DNA of 24,135 bases, taken from assembly GCF_006345805.1 (NCBI RefSeq), contig NW_021836436.1, positions 1 through 24,135 of the forward strand, read 5' to 3'. The notes beneath the pieces are model-generated. The model had not been told where the DNA came from. It saw nothing but the letters and a program-made list of their open reading frames with translations, and searched no databases. The number at the start of each line of letters is the position of its first letter. Within the stretch, counting starts at the first letter, position 1. Shown here piece after piece: positions 1-11,011 of the stretch. Source of the stretch: Octopus sinensis (lineage: Eukaryota). The translations under genes and the position numbers were made by a program.

Positions 1-87
1 TTGGAGTCAAGGCTTATCTTAACTGGAATCACATTCCAGAAAGATCTGTAAGATAGCAAGGGATGTGACTTTTTACAATTAACCAGG

Positions 88-180
88 ATATATACATATA
101 CATATATATATACATAAGATGTATATATATATATATATATACATAAGATGTATATATATATATATACATATATACATATA
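88..180. repeat. (TA)n/(TACA)n microsatellite
   Basis: Direct reading of TA dinucleotide runs. Confidence 0.95.
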
Positions 181-185
181 CATCT

Positions 186-592
186 CTCTTTTACTCTTTT
201 ACTTTGTTTCAGTCATTTGACTGCGGCCATGCTGGAGCACCGCCTTTATTTCGAGCAACTCGACCCCGGGACTTATTCTTTTGTAAGCCCAGTACTTATT
301 CTATCGGTCTCTTTTGCCGAGCCGCTAAGTGACGGGGACGTAAACACACCAGCATCGGTTGTCAAGCAATGCTAGGTGGACAAACACAGACACACAAACA
401 CACACGCATATATATATATATATATACATATATACGACGGGCTTCTTTCGGTTTCCGTCTACCAAATCCACTCACAAGGCTTTGGTCGGCCCGAGGCTAT
501 AGTAGAAGACACTGCCCAAGGTGCCACGCAGGGACTGAACCCGAAACCATGTGGTTGGTTAGCAAGCTACTACCACACAGCCACTCCTGCAC
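186..592 (-). mobile_element. tRNA-derived SINE family A (octopus-type), full length
   Basis: Reverse complement has head GCAGGAGTGGCTGTGTGG (A-box-like), GGTTCAGTCCC (B-box-like), central (TA)n/(TG)n, 3' CCAGCATGGCCGCAGTCAAATGACTGAAAC and a GAGTAAAA tail; about 15 related copies in the window. Confidence 0.92.
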
Positions 593-594
593 AT

Positions 595-692
595 ATATAT
601 TACATACATAAATGTGTGTATATATATATATATATATTACATACATGCATATTTAATATATGTATATATATTATATATATATATATATTATA

Positions 693-725
<33 letters not shown>
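595..725. repeat. (TA)n microsatellite
   Basis: Direct reading. Confidence 0.95.
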
Positions 726-908
726 GCCAGTAAGGCGATGCTGGTAACGATCCCGCTCGAATGGTGCCCTTTTACATGCCACTGGCACGGAAGCCGGTTA
801 GCCGCTTAGCTGCTCTGTCAATGATCACACTCGTATGGTGCTCTTTGCACCTTGCTAGCACGGACTCCAGTCATTGATTTTGATGTTACTTGCCTCAACA
901 GGTCTCCA
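725..908 (-). mobile_element. Repeat family B, partial inverted copy
   Basis: Contains GGTGCCCTTTTACATGCCACTGGCAC and a reverse-complement match to 977-1021. Confidence 0.65.
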
Positions 909-934
909 TGTATTTATGTATGTACGGTGTGTCT

Positions 935-1294
935 GCAGGTGGCAAGTGAAGAAACACCGTTTCGACCCTGTGCTTGAGGAGATCTATTGAGTCAAGTACA
1001 TCAACATCAAAAATCAATGGAAACTGTAGTTGTGATCCCTGGGCCGGTGGCACGTAAAAAGCACCAATCCGATCGTGGCCATTGTCAGCCTCGCCTGGCA
1101 CCTGTGCAGGTGGCACGTAAAAAGCACCCACTACACTCGCAGAGTGGTTGGCGTTAGGAAGGGTATCCAGCTGTAGAAACACTGCCAGATTAGACTAGAG
1201 CCTAGTGCAGCCATCTGGTTCACCAGCCCTCAGTCAAAATCGTCCAACCCATGCTAGCACAGAAAACGGACGTTAAACGATGATGATGATGATG
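935..1294 (+). mobile_element. Repeat family B (SINE-like retroposon with V-domain-like core and (GAT)n tail)
   Basis: Internal repeats of GGCACGTAAAAAGCACC; GGCGTTAGGAAGGGTATCCAGCTGTAGAAAC resembles the V-SINE central domain (from recall); 3' CCCATGCTAGCA...GGACGTTAAAC(GAT)n; homologous to 4883-5207. Confidence 0.75.
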
Positions 1295-1314
1295 TTTGTG
1301 TGTGTGTGTATGCT

Positions 1315-1535
1315 GCTGTCTTCATGCCTTGATATCACATGATAATTGTAAACGAATATCACCCTCATATAAGCAGGGTCGTTTGTTTCTCAATTTTCTT
1401 TGGGAAAACACGTCAGGCCATGGGGAAATATGATCTTACTTAGGAACAGGCGAGGGTTAGTAACAGGAAAGGCACCCAGCCGTAGAAACTATGCATGAGT
1501 AATTCCTCTATGGTCCGACCAAGCATGGAAAAATG
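1315..1535 (+). mobile_element. Decayed SINE-like fragment related to the family B 3' half
   Basis: AACAGGAAAGGCACCCAGCCGTAGAAAC...CCAAGCATGGAAAAATG parallels the family B core and tail. Confidence 0.45.
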
Positions 1536-1814
1536 CACCCAACAGCTGTTATTTTTAAAAGGTGGGGGTGTCAATAAAGGATGACGTATGAGTAAGGGGT
1601 GGAATCCTTTGACAAGGAAGCAATACGTAATTCGCTATGTTTTTATAATTAAGTTTTTGGATAATTAAACAAAATTTTAATATTTGATGTTTGTTGCTCT
1701 ACACCTCTTCTCCATACCCTCCACATATTTTGTATACAAGCTTATATGTGTGTGTGTATATATATATATATATATACACAGACATACACACACTTTTTTT
1801 AATCTTTTTCTTGT

Positions 1815-2012
1815 ATCAGCCATGCTGCTGTGGTCATGCTGGAGCACCACCATGGGCTTCTTTCAGTTTCCGTCTACCAAATCCACTCACAAAGCTTTGG
1901 TTGACCCAAGGCTATAGCAGAAGACACTTGCCCAAAGTTCCATGCAGTGGGACTGAACCCGGAACCATGTGGTTAGTAAGCAAGCTACTTACCACACAGC
2001 CGCTCCTGCACC
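1815..2012 (-). mobile_element. SINE family A with ~200-bp internal deletion
   Basis: 3' end (CATGCTGGAGCACCACC) joins directly to the left arm (ATGGGCTTCTTTCAG) at 1851/1852. Confidence 0.8.
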
Positions 2013-2038
2013 TACATACATACATACATACATACATA

Positions 2039-2077
<39 letters not shown>

Positions 2078-2081
2078 TATA

Positions 2082-2123
<42 letters not shown>

Positions 2124-2223
2124 TCACATACACCAATTTCCCATTCACAAATCCATATCCCACATATATATTCACATTATATATATATTATATATAGATA
2201 TATGTGTGTGTGTTTTTATGTAT

Positions 2224-2365
2224 AGCTGCAGGTGTGGCTGTGTGGTAAAAAGCTTGCTTCCCTACCACATGGTTCCAGGTTCAGTCCCACTGTGTGGCGC
2301 CTTGGACAAGTGCATTCTACTATATAGCCTCGGGCGATAGACAGAAACTGAAAGAAGCTTGTCGT
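2224..2365 (+). mobile_element. SINE family A, 5' arm only
   Basis: GTGGCTGTGTGGTAAAAAGCTTGC...GGTTCAGTCCC...AACTGAAAGAAGCTTGTCG running into a microsatellite. Confidence 0.85.
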
Positions 2366-3150
2366 ATATATATGTGTAAATATATATATATATATATATA
2401 CACATGCACACACACATATATATATATATACATACATACATACAGATATATGTGTGTCTGTGTGTATATATATATATATATCTACACACGCACATATATA
2501 CATATATATATACACATACATACACATACATATATATGTGTGTATGTGTATATATATATATATATACATACACACACACATATATACATATATATTTATT
2601 TATATATAAATATATGTATGTATATAAATATACATATGTATGCATATGTAAATGTATACATATATATTTTCGTATGTGTCTGTGTGTATATGCACACACA
2701 ACACACACACTCACTCACACACCACACACACACACTCACCACACACACACCACACACACTCACACACACTCACACACACACTCACACACACACCACGCAC
2801 ACACACACTCACACACACACTCACACACACCCAACACACTCACACACACCACACACACACCTCACACACACACACACTCCACCACACACTCACACACACA
2901 CACTCAACACACACACACACTCACACACACACACTCACACACACACACACACACACTCACACACACTCACACACACACTCACACACACACACTCACACTC
3001 ACACTCACACACACACTCACACACACACACACACACACACACACCACACACACACTCACACACACACACACTCACACACACACTCACACACACACTCACA
3101 CACACACTCACACACACACACACACACTCCACACACACACACACACACAC
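2366..3150. repeat. Compound (TA)n/(TACA)n then ~460-bp (CA)n/(CACT)n microsatellite
   Basis: Direct reading; source of the H/T-rich and Y/I-rich pseudo-ORFs. Confidence 0.95.
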
Positions 3151-3339
3151 AAATGCCATTCTCTAAAGGTGATCTCACTTTCTTAATCAAATTCTTCAAT
3201 ATCTTGATGGTATCAGTGAGAGGATAGGGGGGGGCTTACATCACAACCACCACCACCACCATCACTACTACACCTACTATTACTACTAGTATTACTAATA
3301 GATCCACTACATCCCCTCATCACCCCCACTGCCCTGCCC

Positions 3340-3875
3340 CTTGATGGAGCCTCTACATGGTTGCATGGCCTGCTAGAAATAGCAGCCAAATATCCCTCAA
3401 TTCACATCCCACCATTTTTAAAAACGCCCATGTAGGATACTGTTGGGCTTGGTTGCTGCCTTCCCCTATATTATAGAGAAAAGGCCTGATGGTCACAGCT
3501 GGAATGTCTTTGATTATAGTTCTGTCTGGATCAGGACTGACCTGGGGCTAAACAACAACAGCTACAGCCACTAATACTAACAACTATAACTACTAACTCC
3601 TGTACTATACATCAGATAATGTAGTCCTAGATACACTATGCCAGAATAAAAGATGGGATGGTCACAGCTGGAACATCTTTGATCATGGATCAGTCTGGAT
3701 CGACTGACCTAGGGCTAAATAGCAACTATAGCCACTTATACTAACTCCTATACTGTACATTAGATAATGTAGTCCTAGATACACCATGCCTGTATAAAAG
3801 AGGGGATGGTCAGAGCTGGAACATCTTTGGTCATAGGTCTGTCTGGATGAGGACTGACCTGGGGCTAAACAAAAA
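3340..3875 (+). repeat. Repeat family C fragment with ~155-bp 3' unit present three times
   Basis: GATGGTCACAGCTGGAA...GACTGACCTGGGGCTAAAC at ~3488, ~3657 and ~3806; upstream CCTGCTAGAAATAGCAGCCAAA recurs at ~16473 and, degenerate, at ~19203. Confidence 0.7.
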
Positions 3876-4105
3876 CACATCCCTCCGCCTGCTACACTCA
3901 TCGACATAATTCCCCCCCCACTTCCCACAACCCACACTGACCCAACCCCACCCCTCAATTCTATGTTCCCACACAAATCAGTTTTAGGGTGAGGTTTTTG
4001 ATAAATTTATTTATGCCACTGAGGAAGGGCAGTTTAAGGATCAAATTTTGGGAGTTGTTTTCCAGGGTTTAGTTTAAAAACACGTCAGTAAATATGTATG
4101 TGTAT

Positions 4106-4261
4106 AGGACTGTGTGGTAAGATACTTGCTTGTTAACCACATGGTTGCAGGTTCAGTCCCACTGCATGGCACCTCGGGCAAGTGTCTTCTACTATAGCCT
4201 CGGGCCGACCAAAGCCTTGTGAGTGGATTTGGTAGATGGAAACTGAAAGAAGCCCGTCGTA

Positions 4262-4309
<48 letters not shown>

Positions 4310-4722
4310 ACATAGGCGCAGGAGTGGCTGTGTCGTAAGTAGCTTGCTTACCAACCACATGGTTCCGGGTTCAGTCCCACTGCATGGCGCCTTGGGCGAG
4401 TGTTTTCTATAGCCTTGGGCCGACCAAAGCCTTGTGACTGAATTTGGTAGATGGAAACTGAAAGAAGCCTGTCATATATATGTATATATATATATATATA
4501 TGTATGTGTATGTGTTTGTGTGTCTGTGTTTGTCCCCCCAACATCGCTTGACAACCGATGCTGGTGTGTTTATGTCCCCGTAACTTAGCAGTTCGGAAAA
4601 AGAGACCAATAGAATAAAGTGCTAGGCTTACAAAGAATAAGTCCCGGGGTTGATTTGCTCGACTAAAGGCGGTGCTCCAGCATGGCCACAATGACTGAAA
4701 CGAGTAAAAGAGTAAAAGAGTA
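4106..4722 (+). mobile_element. SINE family A, extra 5' arm (4106-4260) plus full copy (4315-4722)
   Basis: Two successive heads separated by (TA)n, with a single 3' arm and GAGTAAAA tail. Confidence 0.9.
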
Positions 4723-4882
4723 TCTGTTCAGATTAGAGGTTCTCAACTATTTTTTCCATCACGTCGGGGGACACCACTTTATAATGGAATGGAAGGTTTA
4801 TGTTACCCGTGGAGTATCTCCTTCTCCCATTATAATTATTTTTGTAGTTTGAAGGATCTGGAACATGAAGAAGAGGTTCTCA

Positions 4883-5207
4883 ATCATCATCATTTAGCGT
4901 CCGCTTTCCATGCTAGCATGGGTTGGACGGTTCAACTGGGGTCTGTGAAGCCAGAAGGCTGCATCAGGCCCAGTCTGATCTGGCAGAGTTTCTACAGCTG
5001 GATGCCCTTCCTAATGCCAACCACTCCGTGCTTTTTACGTGCCACCCGCACAGGTGCCAGACGGAGCTGGCAAATGGCCACGAACGGATGGTGCTTTTTA
5101 CGTGCCACCGGCACGAGGCCAGTCTGGGCGGCGCTGGCAACGGCCACATTCGGATGGTTCTCTTACGTGCCACTGGCACTGGTAACTCAGCTGTAATTTC
5201 CATTGAT
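4883..5207 (-). mobile_element. Repeat family B copy
   Basis: (CAT)n tail, TTTCCATGCTAGCATGGGTTGGACG, CAGCTGGATGCCCTTCCTAATGCC, three GTGCTTTTTACGTGCCAC-type units. Confidence 0.8.
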
Positions 5208-5532
5208 CGATTTCAAGCAGAGTACAATTCAATCGCCATTTATTCTACAGAGTTCTCGTTCATGTGGTTCAATCTCAGTGACCATCGTTATAGCAGTGCA
5301 TGGTTTGTCTTGACTCCATGGGGGTATGAATGTGGAGTCAGAGTGGGACAAGAGTCCGCTGTTAGCTGCTGCTTTCACAGTTTTTCTCGGTGTTGAGTGT
5401 GAGAAAAGTGAGAGGGAGAATGTCACTGTTCTCTTGCTTAAATACTGGTTGCCAGCGAGGGTCTCATTCTTGTTTCACACATGGCAATGGCTACCGGCGA
5501 GATCTCGTTCAAAATAGCGCTAAAATATAGTA

Positions 5533-5817
5533 CAAATATATGGGAAACTACCACCTGTGTCATCTCTTGTGAAAGGTAGAAGAGTCCAGTTTGCTGGACA
5601 TTGTTGTAGAGCTGAAAACAAGGTAATTTCTACTCTTCTCCTCTGGAAGCCATCTACTCGCAATACCAGAGGGCGCACACTCTCCTACCCTGATGTAATC
5701 TCCAGGGATACAGGCATCCAGCAACAGGACCTCCATGATGCCATGATGGACTGTGAAGTCTGGCGTAGCATGGTAAATTCCATTGTCTCGACCACGGTCG
5801 AACAATGAATGAATGAA
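5533..5817 (+). mobile_element. 5'-truncated RTE-clade LINE (ORF2 C-terminus) with (GAAT)n tail
   Basis: Translation QIYGKLPPVSSLVKGRRVQFAGHCCR...LLLWKPS...GRTLSYPDVISRDTG...AMMDCEVWRSMV fits the RTE C-terminal pattern (RRxxFAGHxxR...LLxW.P...GR...D...WR), followed by TGAATGAATGAA. Confidence 0.8.
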
Positions 5818-5834
5818 GCACTGGCTTCTTGTGC

Positions 5835-6650
5835 CTTGCTACAGGTCCTTTTGAAATACCATTTCATTCTGTGTGAACTCCCATAACCATTTACTGTTTA
5901 CAAACTAGATTTATTGAATTTTCCTTCAAAATTCTTGTTTTCTTTTTCACCCATGAACTTATGAATGTTGAACAATGTAAAATGTTTGAGAAAGAAACCT
6001 CACCATTACTTGCAATTCATACATCTACACCAAAACCTTATCACGGACCCTTAAAATACTATTGTGGAGCCCCAATTGACTCTTTTGCTTGTGTGGACCC
6101 TCTTTGATTACCCTTTTATTCTGGTGGACCACCACCCCTAGGCATCTGATGTTGGAAAACTAGTTCCATAGAATCTCCTTTCAAAACCCCTATTTTATTT
6201 TTCCCCATGTACAATGTTCGAAAAAGAAACCCAGCGGTTTCTAGCAATACAGACCAATACATACATCTACACCAAACCTTCATCACGGACCCTTAAAATA
6301 CTACCACAGATCCTCAATTGACTCTTTTGCTTGTGTGGACCCCTTCAGTTACAATTTTATTCTGGTGGACCCCACCCGTTCAATGTTTAAAACCTAGTTT
6401 CATAGAATCTTCTTTCAAAAATCCTATATTGTTTTCCACTTGTGTAGGTTGAACTGTGTAAAAATGTTAGAGAAAGAAACCCTGGCTATTCTTGCAATAC
6501 AGACCATTACATACATCTGAAGCAGGGCTTGTCAACCATTTCTTTTTATCTATGGACCCTTTTGAAATACCATTCTATTGTTATTTTGATTTTCAACCCT
6601 TAACTTAGGCCACATGGGTTATATAAACCCCGACTGAGAACCACTGGTTT
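5835..6650. repeat. Decayed ~240-bp tandem repeats, possibly from a hAT-like DNA transposon
   Basis: Units start near 5903, 6158 and 6390 (shared TCACGGACCCTTAAAATACT and GTGTGGACCC); hAT-like termini CAGGGCTTGTCAACC (6523) and GAGAACCACTG (ends 6646); no matching TSD found. Confidence 0.45.
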
Positions 6651-7089
6651 AGATAATGCTCTTTTACTGTAATCTTGGGACCAAAATAAATATATGAATC
6701 GAAATCATTCATTAAAAATCATTTACTAATTGTTTTCTGACACCAACCATGAATAACAAGAATAATGTAAACCAAATATTAAATTAATTGGATACACGCG
6801 TCCAGAGAGACAAGATACTGTCGGAATAAATCCATTGGCATGAAAAAAAGTGATAAAAACTACCAATGCGGGTAAATTACTAAATAATATCCATCAGCAG
6901 GAATCGAACCCGTTTCACCCATCACCGCAAAGTCTCTCAGCACGCCGGTTGCATACCGCCCCTTCCTCCTTCTGTAAACGCCAAGCTGGAGGAGTAGCGG
7001 GAGGAGGAGGAAACCCGTTGTTGGAGGAAGAGCAACAGGAAATCTCTTCCGTCTGCCTTTCCGTCACTTTCCGTCGGTTTTCACCTCAT

Positions 7090-8640
7090 TCCGTTATCTC
7101 TCACACTTTACTTCTTTCTTTCTGTCTTTGTTTTCCCTTTTCTCTTCGTCTCTCGCCGTTCTTTTCCGTCTCTTACGTCATTCATCGTGTCTTTTCTGTA
7201 CGGATTCCTCCTCCTCCTCCCCCACCTCCTTATTCTGTGTGTGTCTCTCAATCTCTCTCTCTCTTTCTCTTTCCCTCTCTCAGAATCTCTCTGTCTCTCT
7301 CCCTTATTATTCTTTACCCTGTCTTTCTCGACTCCCGGCGTTTATTTACCTAATTCTCTTTTACTCTCTTCTCCTCTCTTTCTTTGTGTTTATTCACCTC
7401 TCTCTCCCTCCTCTCTGTCTATTTCCTATCTTCCCCTGTCTATATCTTTCTATTTCTCTCTCGCTTTCTCTGCCATCTCTCTATCTATCTCTACTTTCTC
7501 TTTTCTCTCTCTCTCTTCACACACACTCGCTCTCTTTTATTACTTGCTCTCTCTTCCTCTCTCTTCTCTCTCTCTATCTATATATATATATATATAATAT
7601 ATATATATCTCTTACTCCCTCTCTCTCTCGATATATATATCTATCACTTGCTCTCCTCTCTTTCTGCCTATCTTATCTCCCTCTCTCTCTCTTTCTGCCT
7701 CTCTTATCTCCCTCTCCCTCTCTCTCTCTTTCTGCCTCTCTTAGCTCCCTCCCTCTCTCTCTTTCTGCCTCTCTTATCTCCCTCTCTGTCTTTCTGCCTC
7801 TCTTATCTCCCTCTCTGTTTCTGCCTCTCTTATCTCCCTCTCTCTCTCTTTTTGCCTCTCTTATCTCCCTCTCTCTCCTTCCTCATTCTTTTCTCTCTAT
7901 CCTTTCTCTCTCTCACACACTCACTCTATTTCTTCATGTGCACCTCTCTCTCCACACATACACATTCTCTCACACTTACCACTAACCCTACACACACACT
8001 CCCTCTCTCTTTCTCTTAGTATCTCTCTTTATCCCTCACTCTAGTCTCTATCTATCGATCCATATCCCTCTCCCTACACTTTCTCTCTCTCACTCCTTCT
8101 CTCTCTCACTCCTTCTCTCTCTCACTCCTTCTCTCTCAAACACTCTTTACTCACGCTTTCCCTCTTACGCTCTCTGTCTATCTACCCCGCCACTTTCTCA
8201 CTCTCTCTCCGTCTCTCCATCTCTATCCACCTCCTCCCTCACTCTCTCTCTCTCTCACACTCTCTTTACCTCCACCCCTCTCTTACGCTCTCTGTCTATC
8301 TACCTACCCCTTCACTTTCTCCTCATTCCGTCTCTCCATCTCTATCTACCTCCTCCCTCCCTCTCTCACACTCTCTTTACCTCCACCCCTCTCTTACGCT
8401 CTCTGTCTATCTACCTCCTCCCTCCCTCACTCTCTTCACCTCCACCCCTCTCTTAACTCTCATTCACCAACATTCTCCGACTTTCCATCCTCGTGACTCA
8501 ATACCCCTGACTCTAAACCCTAACCCTACCCGACTCCATCCGTCATTTCACCCCCCCCACTCCACACACACACACTCTCCTCTCCCCCCACCACCACAAA
8601 CCCCATCTTCCCCATCTCTCTTTCTGCATCCCCTCCCTCC
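7090..8640. repeat. 1.5-kb CT-rich polypyrimidine tract with nested minisatellites
   Basis: ~30-bp unit TTTCTGCCTCTCTTATCTCCC about seven times (7660-7870); ~115-bp unit containing CTCTTACGCTCTCTGTCTATCTACC at ~8162, ~8280 and ~8392. Confidence 0.85.
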
Positions 8641-8757
8641 GTTAGCCCACATTCTCCTTCCCTACTCCCGTCTCTACCCAGAGCTTTACCTTCTATTTCT
8701 AGCACCGATGTCGACCACATCACGCTGACACAACCCTGTCCCTTTCTTTCGTCTCCT

Positions 8758-8945
8758 GCTTGTGTCAGTCATTGGACTGCGGCCATGCTGGGGCACCACT
8801 CGAACGAATTGACCTCCCAGGACGTATTTTGTTTTTCTTTAAGCCGGATACACGTATTCTATTGGTCTCCATCGCCGAACCGCATCGCAAAGTTATGGGG
8901 ACACAAACAAACCAACAACGGTTGTCAACGCAGACATACACATAA
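8758..8945 (-). mobile_element. Older SINE family A-related 3' arm, truncated next to an M1 insertion
   Basis: CAGTCATTGGACTGCGGCCATGCTGGGGCACC ... CGGTTGTCAA. Confidence 0.75.
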
Positions 8946-8950
8946 TTGTA

Positions 8951-10258
8951 GGATCTTTTCGGTTTGACCGGCAGTTTTTAAACATAATTTCCACGTAACT
9001 AAAAGATTTTAAACTTCGTATCCTGGTAGAATGTGTTTATAAAACATCTTTTTCTCTTGGCTTTATTGAGAAAATTCTATAGTTTGTAAGATATTTGTGG
9101 GTTTTTCCTTCAATTTCTGCAATTTCAATCAATCAATGACGTCCATTGAGGTAAAAAATATTCTGTGCCGTATGAATATGTTCCTTGTTTAAGAAACAGA
9201 TTCGGTTTATTTACATTTCTGAAGAAAAGAAGATACCCTTACCCCTACCCCTAACCAACCCTAACCCTAAAACAGATTGAAATGCAATAGATCGATACTA
9301 GAGTCAATTTCTGCAATTTCAACTAACAACTGACGTCTATTGAGGTAAGAAATATTCTGTGCCGTATGAATATGTCCCTCGTTTAAGAAACAGATTGGGT
9401 TTATTTACATTACTCTCTTTACTCTATTACTTGTTTCAGTCGTTTGACTGTGGCCATGCTGGAGCACTGACTTTAGTCGAGCAAATCGACCCCGGGACTT
9501 ATTCTTTGTAAGCCTGGCACTTATTCTTTCGGTCTCTTTTGCCGAACTGCTAGGTTACGGGAGGCAAACACACCAGCATCGGTTGTCAAGCAATGCTAGG
9601 GGGACAACACAGACACACACAAACATACATATATACAACATATATACGGCGGGGCTTCTTCAGTTTCCGTCTACCAAATCCATTCACAAGGCTTTGGCCG
9701 GCCCTAGGCTATAGTAGAAGACACTTGCCCAAGGTGCCACGAAGTGGGATTGAACCCGGAACCATGTGATTGGTTAGCAAGCTACTTACCACACAGCCAC
9801 TCCTACGCCCGTTTATTTACATTTGTGAACAAAAAAGATACCCTTCCCCCCACCCTAACCCTAAAGGAGATTGAAATGCAATAGATCGATACTAGGGTCA
9901 TAATTATGGGTGACAATTTCATATGACACCGCTAGAAAAAACTGCCGTTCAAACCGAAAAGATCCATATTCTGTAGTCTGTAAGCTATTTCTTGTTAAAT
10001 TTCTTACATTTCGGCAATTTCAACCAATCAATGACGTCCATTGAGGTAAAAAAAACATTCTGTGCCGTATGAATATGTCCCTCGTTTAAGAAACAGATTG
10101 GGTTTATTTACATTTGTGAAGAAAAAAAAAGATACCCTTCCCCCACCCCTAACCCTAAAAGAGATTGAAATGCAATAGATCGATACTAGGGTCATAATTA
10201 TGGGTGACAATTTCATGACACCGCTAGAAAAAAAATGCCGGTCAAACCGAAAAGATCC
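8951..10258 (-). mobile_element. Non-autonomous TIR element family M1 (Merlin-like), composite copy
   Basis: TIR GGATCTTTTCGGTTTGACCGGCAGTTTTT at 8951; inverted TIRs end at 9965 and 10258; flanks taattgta (8943-8950) and gaattgta (10259-10266) match 7/8. Strand is relative to the 12600 copy. Confidence 0.85.
9412..9810 (-). mobile_element. SINE family A inserted into M1
   Basis: Full-length copy flanked by 13-bp TSD GTTTATTTACATT (9399-9411 and 9811-9823). Confidence 0.92.
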
Positions 10259-10388
10259 GAATTGTATATTACACACTCACATGATATGTGTGTGTGGTGT
10301 GTGTGTGTGTGTGTGAGAGACCCATCCGATATTGTTTCCTCATAATTCCCAGAAAAATGGGTATTTTTGAATGAAATTGTCTGTAAAT

Positions 10389-10552
10389 GGCGCAGGAGTG
10401 GCTGTGTGGTAAGTAGCTTCCTTAACCAACCACATGGTTCCGGGTTCAGTCCCACTGCGTGGCATCTTGGGCAAGTGTCTTCTGCTATAGCCTCGGGCCG
10501 ACCAAAGCCTTGTGAGTGGATATGGTAGACGGAAACTGAAAGAAGCCCGTCG

Positions 10553-10591
<39 letters not shown>

Positions 10592-10808
10592 TTGTGTGTC
10601 TGTGTTTGTTCCCCTAGCATTGCTTGACAACCGATGCTGGTGTGTTTACGTCCCCGTCACTTAGCGGTTCGGCAAAAATAGACCGATAGAATAAGTACTG
10701 AGCTTACAAAAAGAATAAGTCCTGGGGTCGATTTGCTCCACTAAAGGCGGTGCTCCAGCATGGCCGCAGTCAAATGACTGAAACAAGTAAAAGAGTAGAG
10801 TAAAGAGT
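10389..10808 (+). mobile_element. SINE family A, full length
   Basis: GGCGCAGGAGTGGCTGTGTGG head through GAGTA tail. Confidence 0.93.
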
Positions 10809-11011
10809 GAATACGTTTCGGATGGTGTCCATTCTGATTATATCGGAATTTATTGTGAAAAATGTTTTTTTTTATTTTTAAATTCTATGGCGGAGAAGAG
10901 GGGTTTCGAAAAATTCCCATACACTGATTTTGTTTCCTCATAACTTTCAGAAAAATGGAAATTTTTGTTTTTTTTTGTTTTTTGATGAAACTTTCTTCAA
11001 ATACTTTTCAG

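Noticed and set aside
2294-3227. Long H/T-rich and Y/I-rich ORFs (up to 290 aa)
   Set aside because: Translations of (TA)n/(CA)n microsatellites, open in several frames.
5200-5325. LINE endonuclease fragment (IDRF...NLSDHR)
   Set aside because: The ID codons come from the end of the adjacent family B repeat, and the rest lacks other recognisable endonuclease motifs.
6515-6654. Intact 124-bp hAT MITE
   Set aside because: Termini are degenerate and the 8-bp flanks (atctgaag versus gtttagat) do not match; kept only as a decayed remnant.
6890-6965. tRNA gene on the minus strand
   Set aside because: B-box only; no acceptor, D or anticodon stems.
7128-8019. Leu/Ser-rich ORFs up to 285 aa
   Set aside because: CT-repeat translation; stop codons are compositionally excluded.
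8515-8530. True telomere or telomere-addition site (AAACCCTAACCCTA)
   Set aside because: Only about two units, internal; the other TTAGGG-like runs belong to M1.
10389-10470. Functional tRNA genes at SINE heads
   Set aside because: A/B-box-like motifs continue into SINE body sequence in every copy and do not form a complete cloverleaf.
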